64,000 nucleotides of DNA from Neisseriaceae bacterium (GTDB taxonomy: Bacteria; Pseudomonadota; Gammaproteobacteria; Burkholderiales; Neisseriaceae): the NCBI GenBank assembly GCA_017991555.1, contig JAGOQM010000004.1, positions 18,273 through 82,272 of the forward strand. Direction: 5' to 3'. The notes below the pieces were generated by a model. The model was given only the letters and a program-made list of their open reading frames with translations, ran no database searches and was not told the DNA's origin. Each line of letters begins with the position of its first letter. Positions within the stretch are counted from its first letter, which is position 1. The position numbers and the translations under genes are program-made. This document shows positions 53,489-63,031 of the stretch, one piece after another.

Positions 53489-55270
53489 TTAACGTTCGGC
53501 AGGGGGCAATCGTGCAAAGCGTCCCGACTCGGGATAAGGGTAAAAATCTTCGATTAAACCCGCCAAAATTCGATCTTTTTTACTTTGCCAAAACTGCGGC
53601 GTCAGCAGATCGCGATGGTGCTTTAAAAACACCTGGCGCACGTCGGGCTCGCCTAAGAGGAAGGGACCAAACTCTTCTGGAAAAACATCGCCGTGGTTCA
53701 CCGGATACCAAATTTCGTTGGACATCTCGTATTCAGGGTTCGGCGCCGGGGGGATGGCCCTAAACTGGCAGTCGGTCATGTATTCAATTTCATCATAGTC
53801 GTAGAAAATCACCCGACCATAACGCGTCATGCCGAAGTTTTTATACAGCATGTCGCCAGGGAAAATATTGGCCGACGCCAGCTCTTTGAGGGCGTTGCCA
53901 TATTCAATGACGGCGCTGTCTTTGTCGGCCTGGCTGGCGTTTTGCATGTATAGGTTGAGCGGCTTGAGGCGGCGCTCAATGTATAAGTGCTTGACCACCA
54001 GCAGCCCATCGTTCTCTTCAATTTGAGAGGGTGCCAGGGCGCGTAGCTCGGCCAGTAGGAGCGGATCACAGCGATCGAGCGGAAAGGCCACGTTGGAAAA
54101 TTCTAAAGTGTCGGCCATGCGGCCCACGCGGTCGTGCCGCTTCACCAGTAAGTACTTTTCCTTGACCTCTTTGCGGCCAAAATCTTTATTGGGCCCAAAA
54201 ACGTCTTTAATCAGCTTAAATACGTAGGGGAAGGTGGGCAAGGTGAACACCAGCATCACCAGGCCTTTCACGCCAGGGGCCAGCGTGAACTGGTCGTTGG
54301 AGTGATTCAGGTGCTGAATGAATTCGCGATAGAAAATATTCTTGCCCTGTTTTTGCAGGCCCAACATGGTGTACAGCTCATGCGGATGGCGCATGGGCAA
54401 CAGCCGGTGTAAGAAGTTGACGTAGGCTGAGGGCACGTCCATGTCGACCAAGAAGTAAGCGCGCGCAAACGAGAACAGCACCGCAATCTGTTCGGGGTGG
54501 AACAGTGCCGTGTCGATCACCAGCTGGCCCTGTTCGTCGTGCAAGATGGCCAAAGCAAACGGATGGCGACGGCTGCCGTTGACGATTTGGCCAAAAATAT
54601 AAGCGCCTTTGTTGCGGTAAAACGGTGAGTGTAATACCTGTAGGTGTAGGTTTAGCTCACTGGGCGGCCATTCATCTTGAAAGTAGGCCTTGGCCGCACG
54701 CAGCACGCAGGAAAGGTCATGGCTTAAATGAGCGAACGGACGCTGCCAGTTAAAGTGGCCAATGATGTGCTGTAGGCAACCCCGTAGGCCTTCTTTATTA
54801 GGGTAAAAGCTTTTAAACGTGGGCGGGTCTGATTCAATGTATTCAGTAGAGGTCGCTGGCTTAAAGAAGATAAAGTCATTGTTGAAATATTCTCTATCTA
54901 AAATCTTGCAGCAGACTGAATTAAAGAACGTCTCTGCCAGCTCTGGCTGCTTGTGGTTGACCAAGAGGGCGATGTACAGCGTTTTGGCCTGTTGCCATAC
55001 CTCATCTGAAAAGTGAGCGGCATCACAGGTTTCGCGCAAAAAGGTCACGGCCTCTTTGACGCGGTCGTCGTACATTTGAATCCGATTGGCCACTAATTCT
55101 TGAATGCCATGCCAGTTCGCGGCCTCGAACAGGCCTTTGGCCTGGGCGTTGGCCTGGCTGAATAAAAAATAGTGCTTGTTAAAGCCATTCAGGATGCTTT
55201 GGGCAACCAATAGGGACCGACTATTTTGACTGGAATGGCCCTGACTGCTGTGGGGGCTTAAATCCGACAT
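53489..55270 (-). CDS. aceK: isocitrate dehydrogenase kinase/phosphatase
   Basis: 593 aa. Length and sequence pattern are typical of AceK, and it neighbours aceA. Confidence 0.88.
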   Translation of the reverse strand: MSDLSPHSSQGHSSQNSRSLLVAQSILNGFNKHYFLFSQANAQAKGLFEAANWHGIQELVANRIQMYDDRVKEAVTFLRETCDAAHFSDEVWQQAKTLYIALLVNHKQPELAETFFNSVCCKILDREYFNNDFIFFKPATSTEYIESDPPTFKSFYPNKEGLRGCLQHIIGHFNWQRPFAHLSHDLSCVLRAAKAYFQDEWPPSELNLHLQVLHSPFYRNKGAYIFGQIVNGSRRHPFALAILHDEQGQLVIDTALFHPEQIAVLFSFARAYFLVDMDVPSAYVNFLHRLLPMRHPHELYTMLGLQKQGKNIFYREFIQHLNHSNDQFTLAPGVKGLVMLVFTLPTFPYVFKLIKDVFGPNKDFGRKEVKEKYLLVKRHDRVGRMADTLEFSNVAFPLDRCDPLLLAELRALAPSQIEENDGLLVVKHLYIERRLKPLNLYMQNASQADKDSAVIEYGNALKELASANIFPGDMLYKNFGMTRYGRVIFYDYDEIEYMTDCQFRAIPPAPNPEYEMSNEIWYPVNHGDVFPEEFGPFLLGEPDVRQVFLKHHRDLLTPQFWQSKKDRILAGLIEDFYPYPESGRFARLPPAER

Positions 55271-55388
55271 CTTGTGTAACTCCTTTGTGACAACAAGTGG
55301 GACTCAGGCTGATATTGATTCATTATTATGGGTTTTATTTCATCATAGCAATCCTAATCAACTTTGGGAAGGGGCCATTGCAAGGCCA

Positions 55389-55421
55389 TAAAAAAGCCGC
55401 TAGCCCTGATGGGCTAACGGC
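55389..55421 (-). terminator. rho-independent terminator of the epimerase gene
   Basis: Stem gccgctagccc/gggctaacggc (one mismatch) with an A-run on the plus strand. Confidence 0.75.
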
Positions 55422-55442
55422 TGGCACGAAGCGGCAGCGGCT

Positions 55443-56501
55443 TTAGTCGCTGAGCCCCAGGCCAGGGCGTTCAGTTAAGGTCACCCGTTGGCCTGCGTAG
55501 CTAAGCCCTTGCGGTGCGGCTTGTAGCCATAGGGGCGCATCGAAATCACAGTACAGCACGTTGGGGTGGCTGGCGGCAAAGTGGGCGGCGGCGCTGACCG
55601 ACACCGACGACTCCATCATGCTGCCAATCATGCATGGCATGTGGTGAATGGCGGCCAGATCAGCGATTTGTTGGGCGGGGCCAATGCCGCCGCATTTCAG
55701 CAGCTTGATGTTGAGCAAGTCAACGCAGCGATCGCTGATTAAGGTAAACGCATCTTGCGGTGAGAACACGCTTTCGTCGGCCATGATTTTAGTGCCTACC
55801 TTATCGGTCACGTATTTCAGGCCGGCGAAGTCGCGTGCCAATACTGGCTGTTCGACCCAGTCGATGTTCAGCTGTAAGGCTTCTAGTTGGCAGATCACGT
55901 TGACCGCGTCCTTGGCCGTCCAGCCTTGGTTGGCATCGAGGCGAAAGCGCGTGCTGGCGGGCACGGCAGCCACAATGGCTTGCATGCGTTCGATGTCTAG
56001 GGCAGGGTCGTTGCCGACCTTAACCTTTAAGGTGTCAAAGCCGTCGGCCACGGCTTTTTGCGCCGCGGCTTGCATCACGTCGGGCGTGTCGAGGCCGATG
56101 GTCATATTGGTGCTGAGCGCTTTGTGACCCCCTAATACCGCATACAAAGGCTGCTCTAGCCATTTGGCAAATAAATCATGCAGGGCAATGTCGGCGGCGG
56201 CTTTGGCGCTGGTGTTGCCAATGCATGAGCGTTGGATGGCCAGTAACAGCCGATTCAGCTGGCGTGCGTCTTGGCCCACCAAGGCGGCTTGAATGGGGCC
56301 CAGCAGCGCGCCCATGATGCCCTCCAAGCTGTCGCCGGTAATCACCAGAGTCGGTGCGGTGGCGCCGCGGCCGATGAGGCCAGCATCGGTGTCTAGATAG
56401 ACGTCGATGCTGTCAATTTCATGGGCGGTACGCAGCGCGGTTTTAAAAGGAGTGTGCAGCGCGAGCGGCGTGTGCGCCACCCGTAATTGGGTAATGATCA
56501 T
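55443..56501 (-). CDS. enolase-superfamily dipeptide epimerase (L-Ala-D/L-Glu epimerase-like)
   Basis: 352 aa with an MLE-subgroup pattern (FDTLKVKVG, RLDANQGW, WVEQP, ADES, KLLKCGG). Confidence 0.8.
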   Translation of the reverse strand: MIITQLRVAHTPLALHTPFKTALRTAHEIDSIDVYLDTDAGLIGRGATAPTLVITGDSLEGIMGALLGPIQAALVGQDARQLNRLLLAIQRSCIGNTSAKAAADIALHDLFAKWLEQPLYAVLGGHKALSTNMTIGLDTPDVMQAAAQKAVADGFDTLKVKVGNDPALDIERMQAIVAAVPASTRFRLDANQGWTAKDAVNVICQLEALQLNIDWVEQPVLARDFAGLKYVTDKVGTKIMADESVFSPQDAFTLISDRCVDLLNIKLLKCGGIGPAQQIADLAAIHHMPCMIGSMMESSVSVSAAAHFAASHPNVLYCDFDAPLWLQAAPQGLSYAGQRVTLTERPGLGLSD

Positions 56502-56534
56502 GTGTGTGCTTTCTGGTCGTCGAATACGGCTCGA

Positions 56535-57692
56535 TTAAAGTAAGGACAAAATTTTGCCGACCAGCATGCCAAAGTAAGTGCCGGCAAAAGACCCCATCAG
56601 CGCCATCAAGACGCCAATCGGAATGAGCGATTTATGGTAGCTGGCGGCCAACATCGGGGCCGAGGCCATGCCGCCAATATTGGCCAAGCTGGCCACGCCC
56701 AAGGTGAATAAGTCGTAGCGGAACAGCTTGCCCAATAGCACCATCACAATCAGGTGAATGAACAGGATCAGGAAGCCAGACACCAAATAAATCGGGGCTT
56801 GGGCCAGGTTGCTGAAGTCTGAGCGTGAGGCAATCAGGGCAATGATGACGTACAACATCACGTTGGACAATTCCATTGAACCCGACATTTTAGACAAGGG
56901 CGTCATGGCCAAAATTAAGCCAATCACCGAGGCCAACATGATGGTCCAAGTGGTGCCATTGATCACGTCGCCCACGTTGGGTAGCTGTTGCCCAGCCCAG
57001 GTGCAGACGGCGGAAATCAAGAGGCCAATGCCCAATAAGTATAAAATGTTTTGGAAGGTGATGGGGGCGTCTTCGACTTCGGCTTTTAAGTTCATGGCTT
57101 CGGTCGACAGCTGTTCTGGCGCCTTGGTCCACTTGTTGAAACGGCCAGCAAACGGCACCAGCCAGAACATGAACATCACCCACACGGCGTAGTTAATGGT
57201 GTCCATCATTAAAATGTAGCCAAAAATGGTTTCCGGCACGTCTAGGATGCTTTGTAAGGCCACCATATTGGCCGAGCCACCGGTCCAGCTGCCAGCCAGT
57301 GCTCCGAATGCGCGCCAGGTACCGTCGATGTAAAAATGTTTGAGGCCGACATAAACCACCACAAACCCCACCAAAATGCTGAACACGGCACAGGCGTAGG
57401 CCACCAGCATGCGTGGGCCAAGATGAATGATTTCGCGCAGGTTACACTTAAGCAACATCAGCGCCAGCATGGCGGGCAACAGCGCGCTGCGTACCGAAGA
57501 GTAGGTGTTGCTGATGGATTCGGAAGGCGCAAACACGCCAAAGGTATTCATCATCGAGGCGCCGATGTAGATCAACACCACCGCCGGTAAAAACGTGAGT
57601 AGCTTGCGGGCATGGGCGTATTGCTGAAAAGCCGCCATGGCGGCCGCCCAGGCGATTAACACGCTGAGGTAGATAAAGCCTTGTTCAATCAT
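56535..57692 (-). CDS. DUF819-family polytopic membrane protein (putative transporter)
   Basis: 385 aa with about 10-12 TM helices. Sits 33 nt upstream of the epimerase on the same strand. Confidence 0.7.
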   Translation of the reverse strand: MIEQGFIYLSVLIAWAAAMAAFQQYAHARKLLTFLPAVVLIYIGASMMNTFGVFAPSESISNTYSSVRSALLPAMLALMLLKCNLREIIHLGPRMLVAYACAVFSILVGFVVVYVGLKHFYIDGTWRAFGALAGSWTGGSANMVALQSILDVPETIFGYILMMDTINYAVWVMFMFWLVPFAGRFNKWTKAPEQLSTEAMNLKAEVEDAPITFQNILYLLGIGLLISAVCTWAGQQLPNVGDVINGTTWTIMLASVIGLILAMTPLSKMSGSMELSNVMLYVIIALIASRSDFSNLAQAPIYLVSGFLILFIHLIVMVLLGKLFRYDLFTLGVASLANIGGMASAPMLAASYHKSLIPIGVLMALMGSFAGTYFGMLVGKILSLL

Positions 57693-57751
57693 GAGTTTCT
57701 CCTTGAATTATTGTGGTGGCCAGAGGCCGTTTTGTGTGTGCGCAGGCAAAA

Positions 57752-57809
57752 AAAATCCAGCCAAGCGCGCGCCTGCTGGTTGAGCAAGCGTTGCGATTGG
57801 CTGGATTTT
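57752..57809. terminator. long-stem hairpin, probable bidirectional terminator
   Basis: 13-bp stem aaaatccagccaa/ttggctggatttt around a 32-nt loop, flanked by an A-run and a T-run. Confidence 0.5.
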
Positions 57810-57841
57810 ATTTAGGTGATTAAATAAAGCAGCTTAATCAG

Positions 57842-58168
57842 CTATTCGGCATCACGTTGAAGATGTTGGGCATATTTTTTCTGAGCGTCTTTAAATGCCA
57901 CAATCAAGGCCTTCTGTGAGGCGCCTAAATAGCGTTGGGTAATTTGGGTACTGATGTCGCTGTTGTGAATGTGTTGGCCAATAAAAAAGCCCCGAATGAA
58001 CTTATTGGTCAGTGCCAGGGTGGTCGAACATTCAACGTCAACAATCAGGTGGGTTTTGGGGTCAATGACCAAGGCCAAAAAATAGGCCTTAAATTTTTCG
58101 GTTATGGGGTTGTTTTGCGGCGATTTGGCGTCGCCAACCACATAAATGGTGTCTTCATCGTAGGGCAT
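57842..58168 (-). CDS. small conserved hypothetical protein (DUF3870-like, assignment tentative)
   Basis: 108-aa ORF with coding-like composition and no shadow-ORF explanation. The family assignment is from memory only. Confidence 0.55.
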   Translation of the reverse strand: MPYDEDTIYVVGDAKSPQNNPITEKFKAYFLALVIDPKTHLIVDVECSTTLALTNKFIRGFFIGQHIHNSDISTQITQRYLGASQKALIVAFKDAQKKYAQHLQRDAE

Positions 58169-58446
58169 AGAGTGTCACCTTTGTGTTGTCTGGCCATGGA
58201 TGAGGCTTAGGGCCAAGCGGCTGTTTTTGTCCGTGGGCGCTTTGTTATTTTGACGTTAGGCCAATGAGTTGCGCTGGCGACAGACATGGGCGCAAATATA
58301 GCATTGAACAAATGATTCGGCAATAGTGCCTCCCGGCGGCGACACCGACGACTTTTGTTAGAAGAAGGTGTTTAGGCGTCATTAATGGATGGTTTTGTGT
58401 GTGCTGTAAAACATCTCTCACTGGTGCCGATTCTCTGACGGCGTCT

Positions 58447-58687
58447 CCTTTAGGTGAAGTACCGTCCCGTAGAGCCGCCGAAGTAGGTTCTATTGAGCCA
58501 GATGAAGCAGGCAAAAAGCTTGTGGCGCCCGACCACGCTTTGATAGGAGGGCGAGCACTCTTGCCTGCGCTGGCTCAATAGGTTCTGCTGAGGGCAGTCA
58601 CGCAGTGACCGGGGATCAGGGTGGCCTTTTCTTTGCTTCGTTTCTTTTGGCCACGCAAAAGAAATGACGTCGCCCATTGGGCGAAAC
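58447..58687 (+). repeat. left copy of a ~240-bp structured repeat (inverted pair)
   Basis: Aligns over its whole length with the reverse complement of 58777-59019, about 80 percent identity by eye. Carries nested stems with compensatory changes. Confidence 0.9.
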
Positions 58688-58776
58688 AAAACGCCCAAAT
58701 TTAAGTCATGCCTGACTAAAATCAGCATTTCAAAATCATTCATGCTTCGGCAACATCGCTATTGATTAGTCGTTGG

Positions 58777-59019
58777 GTTTCGCCCTGTAGGGCGACAGAC
58801 TTTCTTTTGCGTGGCCAAAAGAAAGTATGCAAAGAAAAGGCCACCCGACAATCCGCCCTAGCGGGTGCCCTCCCTGGAACCTATCGGGCCGGCGCTAGCA
58901 AGAGTGCTCTGTCTCCTATCAAAGCGTGGTCGACAGCCACAAGCGATTTGCTAGCTTCATCCGGCCCGATAGAACCCAGCTCGGCGGCTTTAGCGGGAAA
59001 TCGGTACTTCACCTAAAGG
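58777..59019 (-). repeat. right copy of the ~240-bp structured repeat (inverted pair)
   Basis: It is the reverse complement of the left copy. Stems: ctatcgggccgg/ccggcccgatag, gctagcaa/ttgctagc, ctgtc/gacag. Confidence 0.9.
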
Positions 59020-59294
59020 CAAGCGTGGTGAGTTTAAATAATTTGGCCTTCACCAAACCATGGTTTGCTTCTCGTCTTACAGACAGTGGGCTGATGAGGC
59101 GAGGCCGTGGGTAAACCGAAGCCTAGGGCATGACAGCATGAAAAATCAAGGCCAGGTGGGTCACGATCCATCCTAGTTGACCGATGCAGAGCCTGTTTGG
59201 CCTATTTTTTGTCATCAACTTGGGGTATTGTAAACGTCATCACGCCCTGTTGTATGGTGGGCGATTAAGTTTAAATAATGATTAGGAGACAAAC

Positions 59295-59930
59295 ATGGGG
59301 ATTCACCGTTTTTTTACCAGTTTAAATGACTTAGAACGCATTATTCGGGCGCCAGGGCGCTTTAAGTTTGAAGAGCATAACGTGGCGGCACACTCATGGA
59401 AAGTGTCGCAGTACGCCATGTTTTTTGGCACCCTCGAGGAAATGAACGGCGCCGACATTGACTGGAAGGCGGTGTATGAAAAAACCATTAACCACGACTT
59501 TGCCGAAGTGTTTATTGGCGACATCAAAACCCCGGTCAAGCATGCGTCGCCTGAGCTCAAGCAAATGCTTAGCCATGTCGAAGAAAAAATGATGGAAAAG
59601 TTCATTGTGGATGAAATCCCTGAAGAATTTCAAGCCGTGTTTTTTCACCGCATGAAAGAAGGCAAGGACGCCAGTATTGAAGGGCGCCTATTGGAGCTGG
59701 CGGATAAGCTGGACCAGTTTTATGAAGCCTTTGCCGAGCTTAAGCGAGGCAACCGCGACCATGAGTTTATCGACATGTACCAAAACGCCTTGAGTAAAAT
59801 TTTGCACATGCCTTTGACGGCCAGCGTGGCCTATTTTAGGCACACCATGCTGTTAGACGTGCTGGCCGAGGATTCACAGATTGACCTATACGACCTGACC
59901 CATGAAGTGTTGGCGCAGGTGGCGGCTTAG
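59295..59930 (+). CDS. HD-domain hydrolase, YfbR-like 5'-deoxynucleotidase family
   Basis: 211 aa. The motifs EHNVAAHSWKV, NHDFAEVFIGDIKTPVK and ELADKLD parallel E. coli YfbR. RBS AGGAGA. Confidence 0.78.
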   Translation: MGIHRFFTSLNDLERIIRAPGRFKFEEHNVAAHSWKVSQYAMFFGTLEEMNGADIDWKAVYEKTINHDFAEVFIGDIKTPVKHASPELKQMLSHVEEKMMEKFIVDEIPEEFQAVFFHRMKEGKDASIEGRLLELADKLDQFYEAFAELKRGNRDHEFIDMYQNALSKILHMPLTASVAYFRHTMLLDVLAEDSQIDLYDLTHEVLAQVAA

Positions 59931-59945
59931 GCGAGGAGGGTCAGC

Positions 59946-60332
59946 ATGATTCAGCGTAAGCGCATTTATGAGCCGTCTGCACCCAGCGACGGTCAGCGCC
60001 TGTTGGTGGATCGGCTGTGGCCCCGCGGCGTGAGCAAGCTGAATGCACGCTTGGATGATTGGCTTAAGGTCATTGCGCCTTCAACGGCGCTGCGCCAGGC
60101 CTATCATCAGGGCAGCTTGACCTTTGCAGAGTTGACCGAGCGGTATGAGGCCGAACTGTTGGGCCAGCCGGAGGCGGTCGCCTGCTTGACCGATTTAGCC
60201 GCGCGCAGCGCCACGCAGGCGCTGACCTTCATCTATGCTGCGCGGGATACCGAACAAAATCACGTGTGTATTTTAATGGGCTTGTTACAGCGGCAGTTTG
60301 GGGCGCTGTGTTCAGGCGAAGCCTTGGCTTAG
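59946..60332 (+). CDS. DUF488-family protein (YeaO-like)
   Basis: 128 aa with the pattern RLLVDRLWPRGVSK...WLKVIAPS...LR. Starts 15 nt after the HD gene, with RBS GAGGAGGG. Confidence 0.78.
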   Translation: MIQRKRIYEPSAPSDGQRLLVDRLWPRGVSKLNARLDDWLKVIAPSTALRQAYHQGSLTFAELTERYEAELLGQPEAVACLTDLAARSATQALTFIYAARDTEQNHVCILMGLLQRQFGALCSGEALA

Positions 60333-60425
60333 AGCGTAGAGGCCAGCAGGTTAGTCAATGAGGGATGGGCGATTAGGACGAGTTAAAGCATTATTTAAAA
60401 CAGTTGGGTACAGAGGAGAAGGCAC

Positions 60426-61454
60426 ATGGAGATGACGCAGACAAACGCGCGCCCAAACGCCAACCACCCGATTAGCTTACATGCGGTGCAGGTGTTGCAA
60501 AGCCTGTGCGACAAGCTGGGGGTGACCGTAGACTTATTGGCGCATTTGAACGTGGATCATAAAATTAAGGACATGACGGTGATTGCGCGCAGCGAAGAGC
60601 TGCACGCCTTTCAGGTGGCCTTAAATAAATGCAAGCGGCTGGACTTAGGCCTGTTATTGGGCCAAGAAATGCATTCGGCTTCGTATGGGATTTTGGGCTA
60701 TGTGATGCTGGTGAGCGACCAGCTGCTAACGGCTTTAAACTGCGCTTGGTCGTGCCCGCTACAGTTGGGCAGCTACTTTCAGGCGCGGCTCACCCAGCAG
60801 CAAGGCTTGGCGTCGATTGCCTATACCGATTATGCGGCCGACGTGAACCTGTATGCGTTCAACGTCGATACCTGCTTGAGCTCTTATTGGTGCATCATTC
60901 AATCGATTTTGGGCGAGCAGGTTTGGCCCACTAAAATTCATTTAAAGCGCCGGCAGCTGACCTATGTGGCGGCTTATGAAGCGCTATTTCAGTGCCCCAT
61001 CGTGTTGGGTGCGCCAGAGGACGCGCTGTTTTTCCCCGCCTCATGGTTGAGTCGGCCCGCGCGTTATCACAACCAAACCAGCTTTGAGATGGCTTACAAG
61101 CAATGTCAGGCGATCGAAGAAAGCCTGGCCCAAACGGTGATCGATACCTGGGCGGCCAAAGTATCGACGCTGTTGGCCAGCGACATTGTACGTTATGCGG
61201 CCATTGGCAACGTGGCGGATGCGCTGTGCGTGACCGAGCGCACCTTGCGGCGTTATTTAAAGTCTGAATCGACGGCGTTTCAGTGGTTGCTGAGCGAGGC
61301 GCGAATGACGCAGGCGATGCTGTTGCTGCAACAGGGGCAGCTGCGGATGAACCAAATTACCGAACAGCTTGGCTACAGCGACCCATCGGCGTTTCGGGTG
61401 GCATTTAAGCGTTGGAAGGGCATGACGCCATCGGCCTTTCGTCGGCAGGCGTGA
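60426..61454 (+). CDS. AraC-family transcriptional regulator with an N-terminal ligand-binding domain
   Basis: 342 aa with the C-terminal AraC HTH pair (ITEQLGYSDPSAFRVAFKRWKGMTPSAFR). Confidence 0.88.
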   Translation: MEMTQTNARPNANHPISLHAVQVLQSLCDKLGVTVDLLAHLNVDHKIKDMTVIARSEELHAFQVALNKCKRLDLGLLLGQEMHSASYGILGYVMLVSDQLLTALNCAWSCPLQLGSYFQARLTQQQGLASIAYTDYAADVNLYAFNVDTCLSSYWCIIQSILGEQVWPTKIHLKRRQLTYVAAYEALFQCPIVLGAPEDALFFPASWLSRPARYHNQTSFEMAYKQCQAIEESLAQTVIDTWAAKVSTLLASDIVRYAAIGNVADALCVTERTLRRYLKSESTAFQWLLSEARMTQAMLLLQQGQLRMNQITEQLGYSDPSAFRVAFKRWKGMTPSAFRRQA

Positions 61455-61852
61455 GCGCCTTGGGCTGTCTTTAGACTGTCCGTTTTTACCCGCTTGAGCC
61501 GTCAGGGGGATGAGGGGCGCAACGTGGCTGTGCTTTAATCAGCAAGGGTGGGTGGGTATTTGAAGGTCAGTGCCTCAGGCGGTTGTGCCCGCCTGAGGCA
61601 CTTTTTTTGGCTTTTTTGCCCTGGAGGCTGTCCTTAATTGTCGTTTTTTTGTCCTCGATAAAGCTCGTTGATTGCCTTAGGCCATGGCTAGAATGACAGC
61701 AGAGATCAAAAAAATAGGACCGACTGGACTGAGGCTATGGCGACATGGCCACCGACGTTGAGGAGCGTGGGTAGGGTCACAGGATGGTTTTTATCTCGCT
61801 GCTGCCTCGCTGTGGGGCCGTGGCCTCGTCTACACGTAAAAGGAGTAGGGCT

Positions 61853-62998
<1,146 letters not shown>

Positions 62999-63031
62999 TC
63001 ACAGTGGGTGGCCTTAAGATGGGAGTGAATC

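Noticed and set aside
58450-59016. Mirror-image ORFs 58450-58743 (-, 97 aa) and 58762-59016 (+, 84 aa), both ending in ...RYFT
   Set aside because: They are a by-product of the inverted repeat. Across the conserved core the two ORFs read different frames (SYQSVV versus SPIKAWS over the same nucleotides), and they come back into register only through indels. Substitutions preserve base pairing rather than amino acids. Both have low-complexity, Arg/Ser/Ala-rich composition.
58447-59019. The repeat as integron attC sites, REP/BIME, Correia-like elements, CRISPR or retron msr/msd
   Set aside because: No integrase, RAYT, Cas or reverse-transcriptase gene is nearby. I see no RYYYAAC/GTTRRRY core sites and no GTAG-type REP heads. 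Only two copies are present, in inverted rather than direct orientation, with no spacer periodicity. The families remain formally untested without a search.
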